This document shows positions 51,948 through 64,000 of a stretch of 64,000 bases of DNA, piece after piece. The translations under genes and the position numbers were made by a program. The first letter of the stretch is position 1. The number at the start of each line of letters is the position of its first letter. The notes beneath the pieces are model-generated. The model had not been told where the DNA came from and made no database searches. It worked only from the letters and a program-made list of their open reading frames with translations. Source of the DNA: Octopus vulgaris (lineage: Eukaryota); the NCBI GenBank assembly GCA_951406725.2, contig OX597817.1, positions 150,722,001-150,786,000 on the forward strand. The letters are read 5' to 3'.

Positions 51948-52503
51948 CATACATATATAATCATCATCGTCATTTAACGTTTGTTGTCCATGCTGGCATG
52001 GGTTGGACAGTTTGATTGGGCTGGCATGCTGGAAGGATGCACCAGACTCCAGTCTGATTTGGCATGGTTTTCTACAGCTGGATTCCCTTTCTAATGCCAA
52101 CCACTTTGAGAGTGTAATGGGTGCTTTTATGTGCCACTGACACAGGTACCATTTGCATTACACTGGGGTGTGTTTATGTGGTAAATACTCTAATGCTTTA
52201 TATGACAAAGCATTAAATACCACACCTGTTTTTTCTCTCTCTCTCTCTCTCAATATATATATGTGTGTGTGTGTGTAGAAGGTTGAAAAGGAACACACGA
52301 GTTGATATATATGGAAAAAAAGTCAAGATAGAAAATGCTAAGATGATTTTATGAAAAACATTTCAGTACCAGTTTCAACTGTAAGTATGGAAGACAATTA
52401 AATTTTGAAAAAATTAAAAGAAAAGTTTTTTTAAAAGAATATTTACATAGTCTTCAAATACAAGTGGCATTTTCCTTGTTTCTGCCCGTCTCTGTCTCTC
52501 TTG

Positions 52504-52535
<32 letters not shown>

Positions 52536-52544
52536 CATACATAC

Positions 52545-53422
52545 AGCAGCACCATAGTCAACTGCTACAAAGGTAAAAGTGATGCTTTAGATACAAATAA
52601 TTACAGAGGTACCAAGTTGTTGGATCAGGTAATGGAGGTCATGGAGAGGGTCATAGCCCAGTTAATTAGGGAGAGATTCAGTTTAGATGAGATGCAGTTT
52701 GGGCTTGTGCCACTGATGCTATATTTCTGGTAAGGCAGCTGCAGGAGAAATACCTAACCAAAGATAAACCTCTGTACCTGGCTTTCGTTGACATGGAGAA
52801 AGCCTTTGACAGGGTCCCCCGATCACTTATCAGGGGGTCAATGAGGAAACTAGGGATAAATGAATGGTAAGTGAGAGGTGTGCAAGCCATGTACAGGGAT
52901 GCTGTCAGTAAGGTGAGGGTTGGCAACGAGTGCAGTGAAGAATTCCAGGTAGAGGTAGGGGTCCACCAAGGTTCAGTCCTCAGCCCCCTCCTACTTATCA
53001 TAGTCCTCCAGGCAATAACAGAAGAATTCAAGACAGTATGTCCCTGTGAGCTCCTCTATGCTGATGACCTTGCTCTAATTGCTGAGTCACTATCAGAACT
53101 AGAGGAAGAGTTTCAGGTGTGGAAGCATGGATTAGAACCGAAGGGTCTTAAGTCAACCTAGCTAAAACCAAAGTCTTAATAAGTAGGAAGGTAGACAAAC
53201 CACAAATCCCTTCGGGTAGATGGCCCTGCTTGATCTGTAGAAAAGGCGTAGGTAGAAACTCTATAAGATGTACCCAGTGTAAGCTATGGAGACATAAGAG
53301 GTGCAGCAATATCAAAGTGAGGCTAACTGGGAAGATATTTTTTTTTATGTGGCAAATGCTCAGGTGCTATAAACACAGAAAATGTGCAGAGAACAGCTTC
53401 TGTCACATTCCAGGGAGAAAAT
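52545..53422 (+). mobile_element. RTE-clade LINE fragment (RT domain + PHD-like finger)
   Basis: YRGTKLL, AFVDMEKAFDRVPR, GVHQGSVLSPLLLII, ELLYADDLAL, CRKGVGRNSIRCTQCKLWRHKRCS; frameshifts and stops. Confidence 0.88.
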
Positions 53423-54283
53423 TAATTACTCTCTTTTACTCTTTTACTTGTTTCAGTCATTTGACTGCGGCCATGCTGGAGCACTGCCTTTAGTCGACCA
53501 AATCGACCCCGGGACTTATTTTTTGTAAGCCCAGTACTTATTCTATCGGTCTCCTTTGCCGAACCGCTAAGTGACAGGGACGTGAACACACCAGCATCGG
53601 TTGTCAAGCAATGCTAGGGGGACAAACACACACATACATATATACGACAGGCTTCTTTCAGTTTCCGTCTACCAAATCCACTCACAAGGCATTGGTCGGC
53701 CCGGGGCTATAGCAGAAGACACTTGCCCAAGATACCACGCAGTGGGACTGAACCCGGAACCATGTGGTTGGTTAGCAAGCTACTTACCACACAGCCACTC
53801 CTGTGCCTATATTTAGATATCTATATTTAGATATACCACAGCCACTCCTGTGCCTAATGTTACAATTATTAGAGAGTTTACATTTAGTCTTATTACGGCA
53901 TGAACATTTTTCTATATGTTGATCAAGACTTCTATCACTATCGGTTATATTATTGCTAGAGCTATTATTTATTATGCTATTATAATAATTATTTAATTTC
54001 TTATTATTTATAGAGGAAATGATATTACCTACATTTCTTGATATTGAGTATCCCACTCTTATGGTTTTATTGGAAAATATACTTGAATAACTTTTTAAAA
54101 ACCATTTTTACAATTTTAAGTGTTTCCTTATTATTATTCTGAAATATCGTATCAGACTATGGATGATTAAATTACAACAGTTATTATAGTCCGTTGTTTG
54201 TATTATAGGGCATTGTTGTGTCATTCAAAACATTTTAGTCTTTACAAACAATACACAATGCTTCAAGTGAACTACAATACTCT

Positions 54284-54318
<35 letters not shown>

Positions 54319-55119
54319 TTTACTTGTTTCAGTCATTTGACTGTGGCCATGCTGGAGCACCGCCTTTAGTCGAGGAAATCGAAACCAGGACTTAATCTTT
54401 GTAAGCCTAGTACTTATTCTATCAGTCTCTTGTGCTGAACCGCTAAGTTACGAAGATGTAAACACACCAGCATCAGTTGTCAAGCAATGGTGGGGGGACA
54501 AACACAGACACACACACGTATATATATATACATTTATACGACGGGCTTCTTTCAGTTTCCGTCTACCAAATCCACTCACAATGCTTTGGTTGGCCCGAGG
54601 CTATAGTAGAAGACACTTGCCCAAGGTGCCATGCAGTGGGACTGAACCTGAAGCCATGTGGTTGGTAAGCAAGCTACTTACCACACAGCCACTCCTGTGC
54701 CTATTATATATATATATAATCACAAGCAATTCAAATTTTAAAGTGAATTTGCATGTTCTAGTAAATAGGGCAGATTTTCTATATCTCAGGAAATGCACCT
54801 TGAATAAATAAACTTTAAAGTGACAAAGTCAAAAGGACACTTAAGAGCTGGTCTGTGATCAGAAGTATTGGGTTGGTCAAAAAGTTTGTTTGCTTTTTTC
54901 CTTTACACATACATACTCATTAGGTACCAACACTGTTTGATTTTTTAAATTCCTTTGTGCATGTTTCTTTGTTAGATATGTAATGTGTTAACCTAGTTTG
55001 TTGCAAACTTGTGACAGGATAGGTTGTCTTTTGTGAGCTTGAGATCATCCTGAAAATGGAAAACCAAAATAAACATTATTAACATGTCATACTTCTTTAT
55101 TTAAAAAAAAAAAAGAAAT

Positions 55120-55525
55120 AGGCGCAGGAGTGGCTGTGGTAGGTAGCATGTTTACCAACCACATGGTTCCGGGTTCAGTCCCACTGCGTGGCACCTTGGG
55201 CAAGCGTCTTCTGCTATAGCCTCGGGCCGACCAAAGACTTGTGAGTGGATTTGGTAGACGGAAACTGAAAGAAGCCCGTCGTATATATGTCTATATATAT
55301 ATATGCGTGTGTGTGTTTGTGTCTGTGTTTGTCTTCCTAGCATTGCTTGACAACCGATGCTGGTGTGTTTATGTCCCCGTTACTTAGCGGTTCGGCAAAA
55401 GAGACCGATAGAATAAGTACTGGGCTTACAAAAGAATAAGTCCCGGAGTCGACTTGCTCGATTAAAGGTGGTGCTCCAGCATGGACGCAGTCAAATGACT
55501 GAAACAAGTAAAAGAATAAAAGAAA
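55120..55525 (+). mobile_element. Meta-domain-like SINE, well-preserved copy
   Basis: Head, core gtgagtggatttggtagacggaaactgaaagaagcccgtcg and tail all present. Confidence 0.85.
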
Positions 55526-56731
55526 AGAATAAATAAAGCAGCAGAAATTTGCCAGAAGATATGTGTTGCATATAGAGAAGATGACTGGCGTCCGTGCTAG
55601 CAGGGTGCAAAGAGCACCATACGAGCGTGATCACTGACAGAGCGGCTAACCAGCTTCCATGCCAGTGGCACTTAAAGGGCACCATTCGAGTGTGATCATT
55701 ACCAGCATTGCCTTACTGGCATTTGTGCCCATGCTAGCAGGGTGCCAAGAGCACCATCCGAGCGTGATTGTTGCCAGAGCAGCCAACTGGCTTCTCTGCA
55801 AGTGGCACGTAAAAGGGCACCATTTGAGCGTGATCATTACCAGCGTCGCCTTACTGGCACCTGTGCTGGTGGCATGTGTAAAAAGATTTGAGCGAGGTCA
55901 TTGCCAGTACCGCCTGACTGGCCCCTGTGCCGGTGGCATGTAAAAAGCACCAACTGATCGTGGCCATTTCCAGCCCCCCCTGGCACCTGTGCTGGTGGCA
56001 CATAAAAAGCACTCACTACACTCTTGGACTGGTTGGCGTTAGGAAGGGCATCCAGCTGTAGAAACTCTGCCAAATCAAGATTGGAGCCTGGTGCAGCCTT
56101 CTGGTTCGCCGGCCCTCAGTCAAAATTGTCCAACCCATGCTAGCATGGAAAGAGGATGTGAAACGATGATGATGATGATGATGTTATGGAACACGTGTGC
56201 CAGAAGTGATTTTCAACATTTTAGCCAAAAAATTTTTCTGTTCAAGATGCATCTTGCTCAGGCCTACTAAGATTAACAGTGACAAAGTGAAGGAATTAGT
56301 TGAATTGAACCTCACTATATGACTGGGATGATTGCAGATATTCTCCAAATATCCAAATTGAGTGTTGTGCATATACTTGGTTACATCAGTAGGGTCTATG
56401 TTTGGCTCCTACATCAGTTGAATGAGGAAAACAAGGTCCAGTGAATCTGTGATTCATTGCAGATGCATGAAAAAAATGATCCATTATTTTGAAGAAAATG
56501 TTGACAGGGGACGAAAAACAGATTGTCTAAAAATGTGAAGTGCAAATAATCATGGAAGAAGTGCAGTGAACCACTACAAAATGGCTCCAAAGCTGGACTT
56601 CACTCAATGAAGATTATGTTTTCAATTTGGTTGGCAAGGGTGGGATTGGAAGGGTGTTGTCTTTTATGTATTTCTCTCCATGAATAGGACCATCAATTCA
56701 CATGTATGCTGTGACCAGCTGAACAAATTAA

Positions 56732-56948
56732 CCCTTTTGTTACCAACCCGGCTGAAACCGGCTCTGGCTCTGTAGTACAAATGTCTTGTTTTCATAAGTT
56801 TTGAATTAAAATCTTCCACCAAACCTTAGTCACAGTTTATGTTCTTAACACTAGCTGAATGATAACTAAGTTATTTTACTAAATTCTTTGTTATATTTAA
56901 AGTAATTGAAAGAAACACAGAGCATCTCAAAATACGGTAATAAAAGGG
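56732..56948. mobile_element. piggyBac-like MITE inserted in the mariner
   Basis: TTAA|cccttttgttacc ... ggtaataaaaggg|TTAA. Confidence 0.85.
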
Positions 56949-58350
56949 TTAAATGAAATGATCCACCAGAAGCTTCCAGTACTTGCTAATCATATTGTCT
57001 TTCATCCCAACAATGCCACACACTACTTTGCAGACATTACTGAGGCCTGGTTGGGAAATTTTGCTTTACCTTCCATATTTGCTTAAATTGTTTTGGTTTT
57101 TTCAAAATTCATTGAATAGACAAATCTTCAGTTCTGAAGATGTAAAAATTCACCTGAAAAAGTTCTGCACCAGGTGAGACAGGAAATTCTTTGAGCAGAG
57201 AATAATAGATCTGTCCATAAGATAGCAGAAGATACTAAAACTAAATGTCAATTATATCACTGATTGAATAAATGCTTTATGTTTAAAACTTGTATCTTAT
57301 TTTCCATTAAAAAGTGAATGGATAACATTGTAAACAAAATTTTTTCCCTGCATTCTTTCGCTAAATCAGTTATTGATAACTGCTGTACATAAAAAGGTTA
57401 GCTTCGAAACTAGGAAGCTTCATAAGGAATACTTGTTCAATAAAAATTAGTCGACTAAGAATGATAGATTTGAAATTCTTTACTGAAAGGTTATTCCATG
57501 TTTATTTCACACACACAAACACATGAAGGTGTGTGCACACACACACACATGTACACAAAAAACATATTTTAATATTTTTTCAGTCAAAAGTTTAAAAGAC
57601 CAAACAAAATTGCACACTTTTTTTTTAATGTGAAAGGGTTTATTGCATAGATAAATGTTTGAAAAGCAAATATGAGAAAATATAAATATTATACTGATGA
57701 AGTTCAATGGCTGTGAAGATAAGATGCATGTTTCTGTGTTCAAACCTTATTATTACAGTCATTAGGTTATGTTTGCTTCAGTCTGAATGATTTATAAGTA
57801 AAAATACCAGTAAGAAAAAAAAAAGGAGAAGGAAAAATACTAAATTTGGATAAGCTATCTCACCCAAGCTAGCATGGAGAAATTGATGTAAAACAGTCAA
57901 AAATTTAGACAGTGATCAAATTTTAATTATAAATCATAAAAAGAAATGCAAGAGGTTGTTGAAGCCAAAATTTCAGGTTAACATAGGCACTGCTGGTAGT
58001 AAATAAACTTATATAAAACATGACCTGCAATTCTCTATGGTGAAAGCTGGTAGTATCTTATTAGGGACTACAAGAATAAAAAATTGTAAAAAGTTTCAAT
58101 AAACTTTAAAAAAAAAACCCAATTGTTCCTAAATCATTTTCTAACAATGACCTCATTATCTATTATTGATCATGAAAATAGGTAGTATTAAAATATAAGA
58201 AAGAATTAGTTGAATTCATGCATGTAAAAGGATTGCACTCTTTTTTTCTTCAGAATTACAGCATGATAGCCTCATATTAGTCATTCAGAAGCACACAAAG
58301 ACTGTTAACTTTCGTTAAACATTTATTATTTGCTGCCAACATTTTTGTTG

Positions 58351-58429
58351 CACCAACTGCAACCTGGTCCCTGATGCAGTTCCACTGAAATGCAGTGAGA
58401 CTAGATCAGTGACCAGGTTGTATGTGGTG
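58351..58429. ncRNA. Candidate pre/pri-miRNA hairpin
   Basis: 28-position upper stem with 4 symmetric mismatches, 5-nt apex, plus basal stem cacca/tggtg; not repeated elsewhere in the window. Confidence 0.4.
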
Positions 58430-58614
58430 TGAGGAAAATTTTAACCCCAAAGAATAAATGCTTAACTCTTTAACTGTGAAATTAAATTTCATGGTTAATC
58501 TTGTAATATTGAATATCAACCAAAAAATAAAACTGATATTTTCTGCAAATCATGTTATTGCCATAAACTTGACATACCTCAACATGATGTTGCTTGACAA
58601 AAGATAGCTTGGTG

Positions 58615-59012
58615 GGATCTTTTCGGTTTGAACAGCAGTTTTTTCTAGCGGTGTCATATGAAATTGTCACCCATAATTATGACCCTAGTATCGATCTATT
58701 GCATTTCAATCTCTTTTAGGGTTAGGGGTGGGGGGAAGGGTATCTTTTTTTCTTCAGAAATGTAAATAAACCCAATCTGTTCCTTAAACAAGGGACATAT
58801 TCATACGGCACAGAATGCTTTTTACCTCAATCAATGTCAGTGATTGGTTGAAATTGCAGAAAAAAACAAATATCTTAGAAACTATAGAATTTTCTCAATA
58901 AAGCCAAGAGAAAAAGATGTTTTATAAACACATTCTACCAGTATACGAAGTTTAAAATTTTTTAGTTACCTAGAAATTATGTTAAAAACTGCCGTTCAAA
59001 CCGAAAAGATCC
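58615..59012. mobile_element. MITE with GG..CC termini and 8-bp TSD (Merlin-like)
   Basis: TIRs ggatcttttcggtttgaacagcagtttt / aaaactgccgttcaaaccgaaaagatcc; flanks gcttggtg / acttggtg; partial copy at ~38047-38356. Confidence 0.75.
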
Positions 59013-62000
59013 ACTTGGTGTATAAAACTGCTTTCTGCAGTTAAGGATAATATAATTTTGAGTTGATACATATCTGATTGATGCAATAAGATCAACAGCC
59101 TTTGTGTATTTCTGAATGGGTACTGTGTGTTGTTCATGCTGTAACTGCTTTAATTTCAGTCTTAGATCAAATCACTTGCCTGGTAGCTACACTACCAAAA
59201 TCCGTTTTTTTTTTTGTTTTTGGAAAAAGTCAACAGAAAAGAGCCCACACTTGAAAATCTAGTTTTCGAGATAAACTATCTTGGATTTGTGTTTATATTT
59301 GTTATGAAAAACCTTAACAAGTTTATTTAGAAAAAAAGACAAGAAAAACAAACAAAAATAGAAACACCATTTGAATTGTGGTATAATACTGAATACAAGT
59401 ACAAGAATAGAACATATACAAGAAAGAAAAAAATGTAAAATAATACATGGAAAAAAGTGTCAGGATTGTTATTTTACAAAATTAAGTGTAACTTGACCTG
59501 TAAATTAATTGGATTCTTTGCAGGAAAATAATTATTTCTAAATATTTCAAAAATATAAAGCTACATATATATATCCTCATTTAACATCCATGGTTCCATG
59601 GTGGCATGGATTGGACGGTTTTACATGATCTGATTGGTTCAAGGACACCACTGTGCTCTCAAAACAAGAGCATATATATAATTTTTTTTATTATTAATTG
59701 GCAAAAGTTACAATATGGCTCAAAAGCTGAGAGTTTCATCAAGTAGCAATTATCAACTTGCATTTGATAAGTGCCAAATCGTGAAACTCTTGGCTCTTGT
59801 ATCACTCTGTAACTACTGTTGATCAATAATAATAATAATAACAACACCAACAACAACAACAACAACAACAATATAAATGTATATATACACATACATACAC
59901 ACACGAATTACAAATGACTTAATCCTGAATTGTCAGGTTCGTTTTTAGTGACAGTATGTAAGATCAAAGGAAAAGGAAAATTTAGTATTTTTGTAAGTGC
60001 TAGAACTTCAAGTGGGTCGTCATCCATTGACATTTTTACTTGGGTCTGTTTGTCTTTCATCATGATTTTTGTTCACTTTGTCAATTTGATTTCACTATAG
60101 ATATCATTTTAAACAAGTATAAGATCATCTAACTATATGGATGGGTAGAGCTAACAGAACTGATTCTAGTGCCATCATCATTTAATGTTTGTTTTCTATG
60201 CTGGCATGGGTTGGACAGGTCAACAGGAGCTGGGGAGTCAAAGGACTGCATCAAGCTCAAATGTCTGCTTTCGCATGGTTCCTATGGTTAAATGCTCTTC
60301 CAAGTGCCAACCACTCTACAGAGTCCTCCATGTGGATACTTTTTACATGGTACTGTGCATTCCACAGAGTCCTCCATGTGGGGGTCATCAAGCAGTTTGC
60401 AAGCAATATCGCTCAACTGAGGGTTGGAGCAGTATTAACCCTTTAGCATTCAAACTGGCCATATCCGGCCTGGACATTTTGCCTGTTTTATGTTCAAACC
60501 AGTCAGATCCAGCCTATCACACCTATCCTACAATGTCCTTCTAAAAATAAACAATCACACATCGAAAATCTCAAAGCTACAAGATGATACATGACTAATT
60601 CAAAACAATGCGAATAAATAAGCATTACATTTGACCCTTTAGATGTGAATGCTTAAGAGTCAAGGGAAGCAGCTTTGGTGCCAGGCAATAGTGATGAGAG
60701 ATTAAAGTATGATAAAGGGACAGAAACTAGTGTCTTGCAGTAGAGGGCATATATGGCTAAATAAAGAGAAGTGGTATGAGTAAGTAAATTCATTGGAGTG
60801 TGAGGGGTAAATGATAGATGGTTAGGGGGAGATGCAGCAAGTGGTCAACACAGGTGAAAGCAAAGTTAAACATGAGTATTTAATTGAATATAGAAGAATT
60901 GATAATAGGCAGAGTGGTTCCAGGCTTCATTGGAACTTGAAGTTAATACTTAAGTGGTGTCTGGTATTTTAATGATTTGAACAGCTTGCTGTGTGATTAC
61001 TTTGTCTATCTTTTATAGTTGGGGACAAACCAACACTGATTGTCAGGTGGTGGGATGAACAAACATTAAAACACACAATACAAAACTGATATTTATTTTG
61101 TCCACCTCATAAAGATGGAAGACAAAATTGACCTTGGTAGGGTATAATCCAGAAGTGAAATATTGACAAGAGACTTCAAAGTTAAATAGCTTGGGGCTGA
61201 ATGGCTAAAACCTATGCTGTTACCACTGTCACCACCACTACCACCACTATCATCATCTTACATCAGACTTTCTATATCAGTGGTTTTCAATCAGTGTTCC
61301 TATGACCCTTTGTGGTCCATACAAGTAAAATAGTAAATTGGGTCCACAAGTAGTATGTTATGGGTTCATAAAAATGTTTTGCTTTCGATGTATTTATTAC
61401 AAAAAACAGCTAGGTTTCTTTCTCTGAAGTTTTACATAATTCAATCTACACAAATCTGTTAAAGAGAGTAGGCAAAAAACGTAAAAGATTTTCTCACCTT
61501 CCCGAGTGTTAAACTAATACACCTGTTTGTTGTTTATACACCTGCCTTTGTCTTTTGTCTTTTGTAAACAATATTCATACATCACAAGGATAAACATGTG
61601 ACTGATAACACATAACTCTAACAGCACAATACGTGCTTGAAGGCATGAAAATCAATGGTAGAATTCTGGTGGTAAAGTCTCTATAAATAAAAGTTTTCTG
61701 TTATAAAAAGAGGCAGAAAAGAAGCCAACAATATTTCATGTCCTGATAATGAGGCTGAGATAGTTTAGAAATGTCAGTGATGTTGAATCTAGGAAGTTTA
61801 TTATTTCAACACACAACAAGGAACTTAAACATTATATGAGGTTATTTTCAGATGATCATTTGTAAACATTGGTTTAATATCCATATGAAATAAATACAAA
61901 GATTAAAACCAACAAAATTGTTTTCTGTATACATTTTCAAAGAATCTATCTCTATATGAATGTGGAATAAAAGCTTGGTAAATATTCCACCATTGTCAGA

Positions 62001-63389
62001 CATGAAGATGGAAAATATGTTTCTGTATGCTAGCAAAAGGTGATAGCTTTGCAATATGGTGTATCATGATTATTGTTACTAAGGTTTAATGAAGGTGTAC
62101 GGTTTAATGGTTAGAGTATTTGGCGCATGATTCTAAGGTCTTGAGTCTATCACTCAGCGATACATTGAGTCCTTGAGCAAGACACTTTATTTCACATTGC
62201 TCCAAACCACTCTGCAAGCAAAAATGTATAATACCTGTATTTCACACCTTGTCACGATGAATCTCCCTGGGAACAATGTTAAGGACATGTGTGCCCGTGG
62301 AGTGCTCAGTCACATCAACTGGAACCCTATTTATTGTAACTGACCCCGTGCCAGTTTACTAGAGTTCAAAGTTGTTAAATTAACCAGAACAACTTCTGAT
62401 CTATTCTTGATGGTTCCCATACACTGAAGTAGTCTTCACCATCAGTTCTCAGCAGGTTTTGAGAACACAGAAACTTGCCAAATATTCTTTTCTACTCTAG
62501 GCAGAAGGCCTGAAATTTTGGGGGAGGTGAGCAGGGGACAGTCAATTAGATTGACCACAGTATGCAACTGGTACTTAATTTATCAACCCCGAAAGGATGA
62601 AAGGCAAAGTCGATCTCGGTGGAATTTGAACTCAGAACATAAAGACTGACAAAATACTGCTAAGCACTTCCCCTGGCATGCTAACATTTCTATCAGCTTG
62701 CCACCTTGAAACTTGCCAAATACAAAGTGTCTACGTAGGTGTGAGTGTATATGCCACATGCAAGCATGTAACTTTATTTTGTCAGGGTGTGACTGTGTTT
62801 AAGAAGCTTACTTGCCAACCATTTGGTCTTAGGTTCAGTTCCACTGCATAGCACCTTGAGCAAGTGTCTTCTACTATAACCCTGAGTATATCAAAGCCAT
62901 GTGAGTGGATTTGGTATACAGAAACTGAAAGAAGCTTGTTGAGTGTGTGTGTGTTTGTGTATACCCTTGTCCAGACATTGTGTGATAGTTGTAAATGAGC
63001 AAATATCATCATACAACAAAGGTTATTCCTTTCCAGTCTTCCATGAAAAACGTATCTAGCTATGAGTCTGTCACCTTGCTTGAAAGCAGATAAGGGCTGG
63101 TGACAGGTAGAGCATCCAGCTGTAGAAAATCTGTCTCAACAAATTCCGCCCTGACCCTTGCAAGAATGGAAAAGTGGACGTTAAATGAAGATGTGGTGGT
63201 GATGATGATGATAGTGAAAATAAAAGTTACTTCCTTGCAGCTTAACCAGAAATATCGAACTTCATCTATTATTGTTTCCTCAACCATGTTAATTACCTAA
63301 TGCGAATGAACATATCGTCTCTGTTCTTGCCTCTGTCTGCCTGGATGAAATTAGGTTTCACATCTTGCTCATGATTGCATGATCTAAGC

Positions 63390-63645
63390 CAGTGGTTCCC
63401 AAGGTGGGCGGTACTTCCACCTTGGGGTGGTGGAAAGATCTAGGGAGGTAATGAAGGAAAGTGGGGTGATGGATGTAAAAAAAAGCCTAAAATTATGGGT
63501 TAATAAGGGTAAGTTTTATTTGTGAAATACAACTGTTTTGAATTTGCTACAGAAAGTGGTCTATGCTTGTGGTAGGGGTGGAGGCGCTAGGAATGCGGCC
63601 CGGGTGCCAAGGGTGTGGCAGCCTGAAAGAGTTTGAGAATCACTG
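63390..63645. mobile_element. hAT (Charlie-like) MITE, 8-bp TSD
   Basis: atctaagc|cagtggttccc ... gagaatcactg|atctaagc; same family as 21849-22114. Confidence 0.85.
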
Positions 63646-64000
63646 ATCTAAGCTAACGAAGTGTCTACAAATATATTTGTCAAATTCCTGATGTTAAGTA
63701 GTATTGTCAGTCATTCCAATGCTTTCTGGAACTTAGATATCCTTCCTAAATATCTATTATAGATCTATTTGTTGATATGACCAAGATGAGGTAATATCTA
63801 TATTGTGTCTTTTATATCCACTGTCAATCTTTCAATCATAAGGACAATTATTTTCCTGTTTTCTTTTTATTAAACTTATAATTAAGTGGATGGTGTTTAT
63901 AAGCCATTTAAGAAACACAAAAACTGTTAGATTCACTTCAACATTTAAATTTAAGGGAGTTTTGTCAGTGAACAGGTCGTGGTCTCAAAGCGACAAAAAT

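Larger units (their letters stand above)
54868..57315 (+). mobile_element. Degenerate mariner transposon interrupted by two SINEs and a MITE
   Basis: TA|ttgggttggtcaaaaagtt left TIR; ATG at 55056; remnants TGDEK (56503), KAGLHSMKIMFSIW..WDWKGVVFY (56590-56670), GWEILLYLPY. Confidence 0.75.

Noticed and set aside
55585-56020. CRISPR-like repeat array
   Set aside because: Eukaryotic context, degenerate tandem units without unique spacers, no cas genes; it is the interior of a retroposon.
63060-63300. ORFs MVEETIIDEVRYFW... and MTGRASSCRK...
   Set aside because: They largely overlap an RTE-tailed SINE; no recognisable domain or consistent splice chain.

Overview
AT-rich, repeat-dense eukaryotic DNA. 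The SINE repertoire and (TA)n/(CA)n microsatellites point to a coleoid cephalopod, most likely Octopus (inferred). Positions 712-14899 (+) carry the last 10 coding exons (490 aa, phase-consistent GT-AG introns) of a coiled-coil gene whose motifs resemble the fungal Bfr1 / plant proton-pump-interactor family. A probable 3'-UTR intron and a long AT-rich 3' UTR follow. I recognise no host exon in the remaining ~46 kb, which is a mosaic of mobile elements: several tRNA-derived SINE families, LINE fragments (CR1/L2-like, RTE, Tx1), Tigger, mariner and hAT remnants, MITEs, two non-autonomous Helitrons and two solo LTRs. The most notable observations are (i) a 24.7-31.3 kb cluster of fold-back, Penelope-like non-autonomous elements with minimal hammerhead-ribozyme motifs, one fused to a tRNA-like Pol III head, (ii) a pri-miRNA-shaped hairpin at 58351-58429, and (iii) the Bfr1-like gene itself. 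All family assignments come from motif recognition by eye, with no database searches.
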